A stretch of DNA of 64,000 nt from an uncultured Christensenella sp. (lineage in GTDB: Bacteria; Bacillota; Clostridia; Christensenellales; UBA1242): contig CAJUGX010000004.1 of assembly GCA_910586385.1 (NCBI GenBank), forward strand, positions 54,862-118,861. The letters are read 5' to 3'. Both the position numbers and the translations under genes were made by a program. Positions 15,964 to 23,838 of this stretch are shown piece after piece (position 1 is the stretch's first letter; each line of letters opens with the position of its first letter). Under the pieces are notes generated by a model. That model was not told the origin of the DNA, ran no database searches, and was given only the letters and a program-made list of their open reading frames with translations.

Positions 15964-15992
15964 AAAATATCGCATTCTTGCGATATTTTTTT
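15962..15992. terminator. bidirectional rho-independent terminator
   Basis: atatcgca / tgcgatat stem with flanking A- and T-runs, between convergent genes. Confidence 0.7.
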
Positions 15993-16401
15993 AACGTTTT
16001 GAGAACTGAGAAGCCTTTCTTGCTTTCTTGAGACCGTATTTTTTTCTTTCTTTCATTCTTGGGTCTCTAGTAAGAAGACCAGCGTCCTTGAGTTCTTTTC
16101 TGTAAGTTTCAGAAACTTTGAGAAGAGCTCTTGCGATACCGTGGCAAATAGCACCTGCTTGTCCAGCAATTCCACCACCAACAACATTTACTGTGATGTC
16201 ATATTTGTCAGCAGTGTTTGTAAGAACCAATGCTCTCTTTGCGATGAGGATAAGAGTATCTCTTTGAAGGTATTCGTCAACGTTTTTGCCATTTACTGTG
16301 ATGACGCCAGTTCCAGTTGTCATACGAACTCTAGCGATAGATTTTTTTCTTCTTCCAGTTGCGTTGAAAGTTGCAACTTGTTTTTGTTTCTTTTCAGCCA
16401 T
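15991..16401 (-). CDS. rpsI: 30S ribosomal protein S9
   Basis: ...[19 protein letters not shown]...[25 protein letters not shown]. Confidence 0.97.
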   Translation of the reverse strand: MAEKKQKQVATFNATGRRKKSIARVRMTTGTGVITVNGKNVDEYLQRDTLILIAKRALVLTNTADKYDITVNVVGGGIAGQAGAICHGIARALLKVSETYRKELKDAGLLTRDPRMKERKKYGLKKARKASQFSKR

Positions 16402-16844
16402 TATTCCCTAACTCCTTCTAATGTGATCAATTCAGGTTTTTGTGCTTGGTGGTTGTGGTTTTCATCTTTGTAAACATGAAGACGAGTGATTTGCTTTCTA
16501 CCCAAAGAGCTCTTTGGAAGCATACCCTTGACAGCCTTTTCGATAACTTTGCAAGAGTTTGTTCTCATCAAAGTGTCATAACCCACTTCTTTGAGTCCAC
16601 CGATATAACCTGTATGCCAACGAAGTTTCTTTTGTTCGAGTTTCTTTCCTGTCAAAACAACTTTGTCAGAATTGATAACAACAACGAAATCTCCAGTGTC
16701 AACATGTGGTGTGTAGATTGTTTTATTCTTTCCAGTCAATATGTCAGCAACTTGGCTAGCAAGTCTTCCAAGAGGCATCTTGTTGGCATCAACAACATAC
16801 CATTTTCTTTCAACTGTGGCTGGATTTGCCATATAAGTTTTCAT
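16401..16844 (-). CDS. rplM: 50S ribosomal protein L13
   Basis: [20 protein letters not shown]...; its stop overlaps the rpsI start. Confidence 0.97.
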   Translation of the reverse strand: MKTYMANPATVERKWYVVDANKMPLGRLASQVADILTGKNKTIYTPHVDTGDFVVVINSDKVVLTGKKLEQKKLRWHTGYIGGLKEVGYDTLMRTNSCKVIEKAVKGMLPKSSLGRKQITRLHVYKDENHNHQAQKPELITLEGVRE

Positions 16845-16955
16845 TTTTTCTCCCTCGATTTTTCATTTTTGTGATTATAATAAAATTTTATTTCGGACTT
16901 GTGAATTCTCGTGGGGCTAACACAAAAAAAACACTTCCAAAATATGGACTTTATA

Positions 16956-16984
16956 ATTCTATATAAATCCCATACATTTGTCAA
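16956..16984 (-). promoter_or_regulatory. rplM-rpsI promoter followed by a leader of about 105 nt (possible L13-type r-protein leader)
   Basis: Minus strand reads TTGACA (16984-16979), 17 nt spacer, TAGAAT (16961-16956). The long 5' UTR has not been compared to a covariance model. Confidence 0.45.
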
Positions 16985-17062
16985 GTGTTTTTCACAATTT
17001 ATTTGGAGTCGCGACTCTTTTTATTCCTAAATTCTATCCAATCAACCTGCAATATGTAAAAT

Positions 17063-17641
17063 CTATACCACATCTGGCCAGAGGTCTGTTGCAGAGAGTT
17101 CCAAAGAGCCAACCTTTTCGGCTGTGAGCATAAGTCTGTTGTATTTTATAACATCCTTGAAGAGTTTGCTCTTCTCATTTTTGCTACCTATTCCCTTGAG
17201 CAAATAGTCCTCGATTTTGTTTTCAACTTTGCCACAAAGTGAAGTGATTATGTATGCAAGTTGCAAGTGGTTGATATTTTTGCCAACGAGGTTTGCAAAC
17301 GCCTCATCCCTTGCAGAAATGTTTGCATTAAGCAAAGATACAAGTTCCTTCTCACTCTGCGTAGAAAGTGCAAGATGTTGAACTTTCAAGTGGCAATTTG
17401 AAAGGACTCTTTTCTTTGCCATTTCAAAGTCTCCCCCCTTTTCAACATCAGCCAAAACAGAAGCAAGTTCCACCTTGAAAAAGTCCGAAACAGGAAGTCC
17501 TTCTTCTTGCAAAATTGTTTGATTGTACTTGCTCAAAAGATACAAATAGTTTGAACGAGAAACGCCAAGCTCACATACGCCAGCACAAACATTGCCATTT
17601 GCATCAAATCCAACCATGTCAAACAAGTGTAAAAAGTTCAT
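17063..17641 (-). CDS. hypothetical protein
   Basis: ORF 17063..17800. The most plausible start is ATG 17641 (GGAAGAGGGAA upstream). No motif recognised. Confidence 0.45.
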   Translation of the reverse strand: MNFLHLFDMVGFDANGNVCAGVCELGVSRSNYLYLLSKYNQTILQEEGLPVSDFFKVELASVLADVEKGGDFEMAKKRVLSNCHLKVQHLALSTQSEKELVSLLNANISARDEAFANLVGKNINHLQLAYIITSLCGKVENKIEDYLLKGIGSKNEKSKLFKDVIKYNRLMLTAEKVGSLELSATDLWPDVV

Positions 17642-17849
17642 TTCCCTCTTCCGTTTTTTCTTAAATACCCCTTCATTATACCACCTTAAAATGAATAAAT
17701 CAAACAATTTTTGCATATTTATACAACATTTTTGATTTTTTTGAGAAAAACGGCCATCAATCTGGAGATTGTTTTGCATTTTCATACAATTTTTTTTCAA
17801 CCAGACAAAAAAAGACTTCCAATCGGAAGCCTTATTTTAAGCAGCACAA

Positions 17850-18602
17850 TTATGCAGCGAGTTGCTCTTCTCCACCAGTTTCGCCACCTTCTTCAACGAT
17901 TTCGAAGTTTGTGTCCAAATCTGTTGGATATTCATCAGCAATGTCACCAGTGAAAAGTTCAAATTCCATAACCATCACTTGACCAGCTGCGCTCATATTG
18001 AAAGCAAATTTTGTGATTTGGTTGTCTTTATATTCAAGCACAAATGACAATTTCCCTGACGCATCTTTGTATGTCATGCTGTAATTCACAACACCATCTT
18101 TGCCTGATTTAGAAATCTTCAAGCCTTGACCTTCCATTTGTTTTACAATGTTGAGATATTGGTTGATGTATGTTGACAAATCTGCCATTTGAAGAAGTTC
18201 TGCATATCCTTCCATAGCATCGCTTGCTGGATCATCAAGATCAACAGTTGATTTGAGATATTTCCCTTCGCCACCTTCTCTTGCAAACATTTCATTTCCA
18301 CGGAGATATGCTTCTCCTTGTATTGTTTCATTTGTTTGTGGGTCAGGCATTTCAATTTTCAAAGCAAATCCAAGTTCGCCATCTTCTTTGAATGCAACTG
18401 TTCCTGATGCTTTCATTCCTGTCATATCGACTTTCAATTTATAGCCAGCATCCATTGTGTTGATAGTTGACTCACTTGCGACATATTCTTGAACGTCAGC
18501 AACACTGATCTTGTTTCCGCATCCACTAAGTCCCACAGCTCCAGCAGTAAGTGTCGCAACTGCAAGAGCAGCAACACCAAAGATTTTTCCAAATTTTTTC
18601 AT
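17850..18602 (-). CDS. hypothetical lipoprotein with an acidic C-terminus
   Basis: Signal peptide plus lipobox (GLSGC), AAGGAGAAGG RBS, and a hairpin terminator at about 17808-17835. Confidence 0.65.
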   Translation of the reverse strand: MKKFGKIFGVAALAVATLTAGAVGLSGCGNKISVADVQEYVASESTINTMDAGYKLKVDMTGMKASGTVAFKEDGELGFALKIEMPDPQTNETIQGEAYLRGNEMFAREGGEGKYLKSTVDLDDPASDAMEGYAELLQMADLSTYINQYLNIVKQMEGQGLKISKSGKDGVVNYSMTYKDASGKLSFVLEYKDNQITKFAFNMSAAGQVMVMEFELFTGDIADEYPTDLDTNFEIVEEGGETGGEEQLAA

Positions 18603-18643
18603 TTTTCCTTCTCCTTTTATATGGCTTCAGCGTATCACAAAAT

Positions 18644-18652
18644 CCCCCCCCC
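18644..18652. repeat. C9 (G9 on the coding strand) homopolymer tract inside the promoter spacer of the 18602 lipoprotein gene
   Basis: Minus strand reads TTGACG(18657-18652)-GGGGGGGG-attttgTGa-TACGCT(18634-18629), a 17-nt spacer with an extended -10 TG. Confidence 0.9.
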
Positions 18653-18730
18653 GTCAAGCAAATGAACAAAAAAGAGCAAAAAACATGCTTCTCGTCTTTT
18701 ACTCTTTTATTATATGCATAAAATCAGTTT

Positions 18731-20773
18731 TTATTTTTTAGGAGTATATTTCAGTGCTCTCATACTGTTGAGCACAGCCAGCACAGTGACTCCAACGTCC
18801 GCAATAACCGCTTCCAACATTCCAGTCACACCAACAGCCCCCAAAATCAAAAAGATGAGTTTGATGCCTGCTGAAAGAATGATGTTCTGCCAAACAACTC
18901 CCCTTGTAAACTTTGAGAGTTTGATTGCAAGAGGGACTTTGTTTGGATTGTCATCAACAAGCACGATGTCAGATGCTTCAACACTTGCACTGCTTCCACT
19001 TATGCCCATGCTGATGCCTACATCTGCAAGCATAAGCGAAGGTGCATCGTTGATCCCATCTCCCACATAACCAACAAAATTTTTCTTATCTTTTTTTGTT
19101 TCTTCAATCCAGTGAAATTTGTCTTCAGGCAAGAGAGCGCTGTTGTATTCATCCAAACCAATCTTTTCAGCCACACTCTTGACCGCCTCAGCGCCATCAC
19201 CAGAAAGCATAACAGTCTTTACTGACATCTGTGAAAGAGCATTGCAAGCGACTTCCGCAGTTGGTTTGATTGTGTCAACAAGCACAATCTCTCCAAGTTT
19301 CTTTTTCCCCTCAAAAAGTTCAACCAGAGTCTTAGATGAACTTCTGTCTTTTCGCCCAACAAAATAATGTTTGTCTTTGAAATCGAAATAAACTCCTTCT
19401 CCAGCCTTCTCAGTCACATTCTTTGCCTTGGGCAATTTCTTGTCATTTGCCAAAACAATCGCCTTTGCAAGCGGATGGAGAGAATATTGTTCTCCCACTG
19501 CAGCCAAGAAAAGCACATCTTTTTCTTTCAAATCTTTGTCAAGAACTTCCACACTTTCGATTGAAAATTGTCCAGTTGTGAGAGTGCCCGTTTTGTCAAA
19601 TGCAACAATGTTCATCTTTGCACATGCATCAAGATAATTTGAGCCTTTGATCAAAATCCCTTTTCTTGAGGCATTTCCAATCCCAGAGAAATAAGTCAAT
19701 GGGACAGATATTGCAAACGCACATGGACAAGACACAACCAAGAAGATAAGCCCACGATAAATCGCATTGTCAAGGTTTCCAGTTGCCGCCCAAACAATTC
19801 CCCAAACAGCCAACGCAATGACGATTACACCAAGCGTATACCACTTTGTCATTTTTGAGATGAAGGTTTCTGTCTTTGACTTCTTCTCTGACGCGTCTTC
19901 AATCAAACTCATGATTCTGCTTGCAGTGCTGTTTTCATATGAAGCGACAGTCTCAATCTTCAAAACACCATCCAAAACAATTGCACCAGAAAGCACATTG
20001 TCACCAACTCTGACTGTCACTGGCACACTTTCGCCAGTCAGACTCTGAGTATCAAGTGAACAACTTCCCTCAATGACCTTGCCATCAATAGGGATTTTTT
20101 CTCCAACCTTCACAAGCAAAACACTTCCAACTTCAACATCCTTTGGGGACACAACTTCAATCACATCACCTTTGACAAGATTGGCATATTCTGGGGTCAA
20201 ATTTGTAAGTTCTGCAATTGATTTTCTCGATTTGTTGACAGCAAGACTCTCCAAGATTTTCCCAATGGTGTAAAGTGCCACAACCATAAGCCCTTCCATG
20301 TGCTCACCCACAAGCGTAGCACCAACAACGGAAATTGTGACAAGAAGATTTTCGTTGACAACACCCTTGAAGAGAAGCATCAAAGCCTTGAGATAGGTCT
20401 TAGACCCCATCAAAAGAGCTGACACAACAAACATTGTCCAAAACGCCCAGTCTGGCAATTTCTTTTCAAAAACAAGCGTCAAAATTCCAATTGCAAGCCC
20501 AACGGCAAACAAACACAAATCAAGGATAAAAAACGGATTTTTGTTCGATTTTTTAACCTCTCCGCAGACAATTTTTGCTTCTGGCTCAACTTTTTTTGCA
20601 CATTTAATGATGTTTTTGAGAGCCTTGTCAACATCTTCTGCCTCAAACGAGAGCTCACTTTTTACAAAATTTATCTGTGCACTTTCAACATCAGAAAGCT
20701 TGCAGATTTCTCCTTCGAGCACCTTTGCACAATTTGCGCAATCAAGCCCTTCAATCTTAACAACCTTTTTCAT
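18731..20773 (-). CDS. cadA: heavy-metal (Cd/Zn/Co-type) translocating P1B-ATPase
   Basis: N-terminal HMA domain (GLDCANCAKVLE), CPC in TM6 (VSCPCAFAISVP), DKTGTLT, GDGINDAP. Start at ATG 20773 (MKKVVKIEGLDC). Confidence 0.9.
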   Translation of the reverse strand: MKKVVKIEGLDCANCAKVLEGEICKLSDVESAQINFVKSELSFEAEDVDKALKNIIKCAKKVEPEAKIVCGEVKKSNKNPFFILDLCLFAVGLAIGILTLVFEKKLPDWAFWTMFVVSALLMGSKTYLKALMLLFKGVVNENLLVTISVVGATLVGEHMEGLMVVALYTIGKILESLAVNKSRKSIAELTNLTPEYANLVKGDVIEVVSPKDVEVGSVLLVKVGEKIPIDGKVIEGSCSLDTQSLTGESVPVTVRVGDNVLSGAIVLDGVLKIETVASYENSTASRIMSLIEDASEKKSKTETFISKMTKWYTLGVIVIALAVWGIVWAATGNLDNAIYRGLIFLVVSCPCAFAISVPLTYFSGIGNASRKGILIKGSNYLDACAKMNIVAFDKTGTLTTGQFSIESVEVLDKDLKEKDVLFLAAVGEQYSLHPLAKAIVLANDKKLPKAKNVTEKAGEGVYFDFKDKHYFVGRKDRSSSKTLVELFEGKKKLGEIVLVDTIKPTAEVACNALSQMSVKTVMLSGDGAEAVKSVAEKIGLDEYNSALLPEDKFHWIEETKKDKKNFVGYVGDGINDAPSLMLADVGISMGISGSSASVEASDIVLVDDNPNKVPLAIKLSKFTRGVVWQNIILSAGIKLIFLILGAVGVTGMLEAVIADVGVTVLAVLNSMRALKYTPKK

Positions 20774-21170
20774 CGACAGTGCCCTCCATGATATGTTCAA
20801 GACTGACATCAAAGACATCTTTCACGTGTCTATCTGCAAGGGAATACCAAACTTCTTTCCCTTGCTTTCTACCAACAATCAAGTTGACATCTTTCAAATT
20901 TTTAAGTTGATGAGACACAGCCGACTTTGTCATATTCAAGATGTAAGCAATGTCACACACGCACAACTCGCCTGCCTCAAGCAAATTCAAAATCTTCACC
21001 CTTGTGCTGTCGGATATAACCTTAAAAAAGTCGGCAACTGAGATGAGCAACTCATCATCAATCATCCCCTTCTTGGCTTTATCAACTAGATCTTCGTGGA
21101 TAACATCGCAATCACATTCGATGTTGTTTTTTTGACAACCACACCCGCATTTTGCTTTACAAGTTTTCAT
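20757..21170 (-). CDS. cadC: ArsR/SmtB-family metal-sensing repressor (CadC-like) with a Cys-rich N-terminus
   Basis: LFKVISDSTRVKILNLLEAGELCVCDIAYILNMTKSAVSHQLKNLK (an ELCVCD alpha-3 metal site). The N-terminus is MKTCKAKCGCGCQKNNIECDCD. Start at ATG 21170 (AGAGGAGAG RBS). Its stop overlaps the cadA start by 17 nt. Confidence 0.85.
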   Translation of the reverse strand: MKTCKAKCGCGCQKNNIECDCDVIHEDLVDKAKKGMIDDELLISVADFFKVISDSTRVKILNLLEAGELCVCDIAYILNMTKSAVSHQLKNLKDVNLIVGRKQGKEVWYSLADRHVKDVFDVSLEHIMEGTVDEKGC

Positions 21171-21211
21171 TTTCTCTCCTCTTTTTATCTTATGCCCAAC
21201 CACCTTAATAG

Positions 21212-21258
21212 TTGAATATTCATTCAATCATCCTTATTATAATTGAACACTCATTCAA
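21212..21258. promoter_or_regulatory. two TTGAA-N6-TTCAA inverted repeats, candidate CadC operators
   Basis: TTGAATATTCATTCAA (21212-21227) and TTGAACACTCATTCAA (21243-21258), upstream of cadC. Confidence 0.45.
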
Positions 21259-21420
21259 CTGTCAAGCAAAAATAAATAGATTTTTTTAAGATCTTTTATA
21301 CATGACTTTTTCCCACATCAATCTCACAATAAATCATCCCAAATATTCTTCAAAATCAAACAAAGAAAAATATTTTACAAAGCAACTAAACTATGCTATA
21401 CTATACGCGTCAAATCAAAC

Positions 21421-21496
21421 GACCTCGTAGTAAAACAGGATATTACGGCCCCCTCCTAAGGGGTTGTTCTGGGTTCGAGTCCCGGCGGGGTCACCA
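21421..21496 (+). tRNA. tRNA-Arg (anticodon CCT), CCA encoded
   Basis: Hand-folded cloverleaf. Acceptor stem gacctcg/cggggtc, D stem gtaa/ttac, anticodon stem gcccc/ggggt with loop ctCCTaa, T arm ctggg-ttcgagt-cccgg, then discriminator a and cca. Promoter TTTACA (21374-21379), 17 nt spacer, TATACT (21397-21402). Confidence 0.85.
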
Positions 21497-21553
21497 AAAT
21501 TTACTCCATTTTTAATCATTTCTATTTATACAATGGCTGATTCGGAGGAAGCT

Positions 21554-22819
21554 ATGGTGGTCAATTTTCCACTTGCATGCAATGTCTGTGGATGTAAAAT
21601 AAGAATGCGATATCAAGTATCAGAGGACAAATGTCCTGTAAATTTTTTATGTCCAAATTGCAAAACAACAATAAGTGGAACTATGCAAACTATATGGCAC
21701 TATGGCAATGAAGATAAAGAAAAATTTCCTTGGCATTACAACTTTCAATTTAACAACGCCACCAAAGTAGAAAACGATGATTGTGAAGATTGCGAATTTG
21801 TGATGGAAGTATCATCTGACTTATTGGTTAGCAATATAAAAAGAAATGAAGATTCAGATTTAATCAGTCCATTTATAAGATGTGTTTCTAAATGTGGGAA
21901 CAAAATAACACAAACTTCCAGATTTTACAATTTTCTATCAAGATGGAACAAAGAATGGAATGATATAAAGGTTAATTTGGACCTTTGCCATAATGAGATG
22001 TATGACACCCTTCTAAAAAGGTTTCCCAAAACCTATGATAAAATATTCCCAAGAGACATAAATGCCATATTAACCACACATCAACAGTTAATAAACTTTT
22101 GCAACAAAATTTTGCCGAAAGACACCCTTCATGAATTTATAAAACTAAACAACAGGATAATCACCCTAAAATCACAACAGCCTGAAAACTTCGAAAAATT
22201 TACATCAATTTTCGACTTAACTTATGTAAAAGATAATGAAAGAAAGTTGTTGCATCTTATAAAAAGTTTTATTGATATGTATCCATTGTTCTTGCCAGTT
22301 TTTACATCATTAAGCTTCACCGATGTCAATGGAATGGGCATATCTACATTAAATTTTGAAAAACTTAAATCATTTTATCACGACTCATATGAATTGATAC
22401 TGCATATATTGCCCCAAATAATTGCCCTTAACAACATAAGCACTAGAAATGATATAAACAATTTTATGGGAAATATAGTTGATTTCGAATCAAAAATAAA
22501 TTCATACACTTCGAAATATAAAATATATGATGATTTATTGGATAGAAAGGAAAAATTCTCTTGGTTGATTACAGATAGAATTACAAATCATATCAGAAAC
22601 TCGATTGGACATTTCAACTATGAAGAAAGCCCTATTGATCAAACAATTACGTTTACTGACAAACACAAGGGCAAAATCAACACTTTCACAAAAACATTAC
22701 TTGAAGTTGCACGCGATTGTATTTATATGTTCTATTCTTTAATTAACCTCTTAGAACTAAATTATGATTTGTTAAAAATTTTGTCTATCGATTCGGTTAA
22801 GGCATCCGCGAATGGTTGA
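21554..22819 (+). CDS. zinc-ribbon protein with a C-terminal HEPN-like RNxxxH motif (putative RNase or defence/toxin protein)
   Basis: The ORF-track start at 21464 overlaps the tRNA. ATG 21554 has GGAGG 5 nt upstream (ATG 21533 is an alternative). The N-terminus has CNVCGC...CPVNFLCPNC (CxxC...CxxC). Near the C-terminus, NHIRNSIGHFNY (nt 22595-22612) fits the HEPN Rx4H / RNxxxH catalytic motif. The coding sequence is markedly AT-rich. Confidence 0.5.
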   Translation: MVVNFPLACNVCGCKIRMRYQVSEDKCPVNFLCPNCKTTISGTMQTIWHYGNEDKEKFPWHYNFQFNNATKVENDDCEDCEFVMEVSSDLLVSNIKRNEDSDLISPFIRCVSKCGNKITQTSRFYNFLSRWNKEWNDIKVNLDLCHNEMYDTLLKRFPKTYDKIFPRDINAILTTHQQLINFCNKILPKDTLHEFIKLNNRIITLKSQQPENFEKFTSIFDLTYVKDNERKLLHLIKSFIDMYPLFLPVFTSLSFTDVNGMGISTLNFEKLKSFYHDSYELILHILPQIIALNNISTRNDINNFMGNIVDFESKINSYTSKYKIYDDLLDRKEKFSWLITDRITNHIRNSIGHFNYEESPIDQTITFTDKHKGKINTFTKTLLEVARDCIYMFYSLINLLELNYDLLKILSIDSVKASANG

Positions 22820-22837
22820 GCATAAACCGATGTATAC

Positions 22838-22875
22838 AAAAAAATGCGACAAAAACTGTTGCATTTTTCTTTTTT
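22838..22875 (+). terminator. terminator of the zinc-ribbon/HEPN-like gene
   Basis: atgcgac / gttgcat stem (one G-U pair) followed by a T-run. It overlaps the -35 of the next promoter. Confidence 0.55.
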
Positions 22876-22887
22876 ATGTTTTATAAT
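22859..22887 (+). promoter_or_regulatory. near-consensus promoter of a miniature gene
   Basis: TTGCAT (22859-22864), 17 nt spacer, TATAAT (22882-22887). A 5' hairpin atgcttgaac/gttcaagcat (22892-22913) follows. Confidence 0.55.
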
Positions 22888-22937
22888 ACCGATGCTTGAA
22901 CAAGTTCAAGCATGTGCATATAAGGAGGTGATGACTT

Positions 22938-23024
22938 ATGAAACTCTTAATAAGTCAAGTTGGCTCCTGTTTGGAATATCCGCAGGTCATCTCCTTATTT
23001 TCTAAATATACTGGCAAATTTTAG
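22938..23024 (+). CDS. 28-codon small ORF with a strong SD (function unknown)
   Basis: AAGGAGGTGA, then ATG 22938 nine nt after GGAGG. Translation is MKLLISQVGSCLEYPQVISLFSKYTGKF. An alternative overlapping frame from ATG 22931 gives MTYETLNKSSWLLFGISAGHLLIF. Bounded by its own promoter and terminator. Confidence 0.3.
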   Translation: MKLLISQVGSCLEYPQVISLFSKYTGKF

Positions 23025-23035
23025 CCATAGACATA

Positions 23036-23073
23036 TAAAAAAGTAAGCATAAAATTCTAAGCTTACTTTTTTG
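23036..23073. terminator. bidirectional terminator (small gene / SDR operon)
   Basis: aagtaagc / gcttactt stem flanked by A5 and T6. Confidence 0.6.
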
Positions 23074-23097
23074 TTGCATGATTCAAACAAAAACTAT

Positions 23098-23838
23098 TTA
23101 CCTCAGTCCGCCGTCGACGCAGATTGTTTGAGCAGTGATGTAGCGGGCTTTGTCGCTGGTGAGGAATGTCGCGACATCTGCAATCTCCTCTGGTGTTGCA
23201 AAACGAGCTTTCATAATTCGACCTTTCTCTTCTTCAATAAAGTCATTTGGAAGACTGTCATTCATGCTGGTCTCAACCCACCCAGGTGCAATGCAGTTTA
23301 CATTGACATGTGGAGCAAGTTGCGAAGCGAGATTGTTTGTAAGTGAGATAATCCCCGCCTTCGAAGCGTCATAATCCATTGAGGTTGGATAAAGCGTGTT
23401 GATTCCGTTTGTTGAAGAGATGTTGAGTATGCTTGGCATATCACTCTTCTTGAGTTCTTCCGAAAAATGTTTTGCAGTCAAGAATACTGAAATGAGGTTT
23501 GTATTGAGGGTCTTTGTCCAATGTTGAAAAGTCTTCTCCTCAAATGGAGCATCGAAGACAATCCCCGCATTGTTTACCAAGATGTCAACTCTTCCAAAAG
23601 CCTTCAAAGTCTCTTCCCTGAGTTTGATGACATCTGGCTCCTTGCTGACATCACCTTTGACAGTGAGGCATTTGACACCATAGTTTTCAATCGCCATTTT
23701 TGTAATCTGAGCGTCAAGGTCGCTTTTGTGATAATTGACAACAACATTTGCTCCTAGTTTGGCGTAAGCGATTGCGATACTTCTTCCAATTCCACGGCTT
23801 GCACCCGTGACAACAACAACTCTATTTGTGTAATTCAT
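23098..23838 (-). CDS. short-chain dehydrogenase/reductase (FabG-like)
   Basis: VVVVTGASRGIGRSIA (TGxxxGIG), NNAG, and a YxxxK region (YDASKAG). Confidence 0.85.
   Translation of the reverse strand: MNYTNRVVVVTGASRGIGRSIAIAYAKLGANVVVNYHKSDLDAQITKMAIENYGVKCLTVKGDVSKEPDVIKLREETLKAFGRVDILVNNAGIVFDAPFEEKTFQHWTKTLNTNLISVFLTAKHFSEELKKSDMPSILNISSTNGINTLYPTSMDYDASKAGIISLTNNLASQLAPHVNVNCIAPGWVETSMNDSLPNDFIEEEKGRIMKARFATPEEIADVATFLTSDKARYITAQTICVDGGLR

Noticed and set aside
21464-21553. ORF-track start of the 451-aa protein overlapping the tRNA
   Set aside because: The first 11 codons would be encoded by the T-arm and acceptor stem of tRNA-Arg. An RBS-preceded ATG at 21554 is far more plausible.
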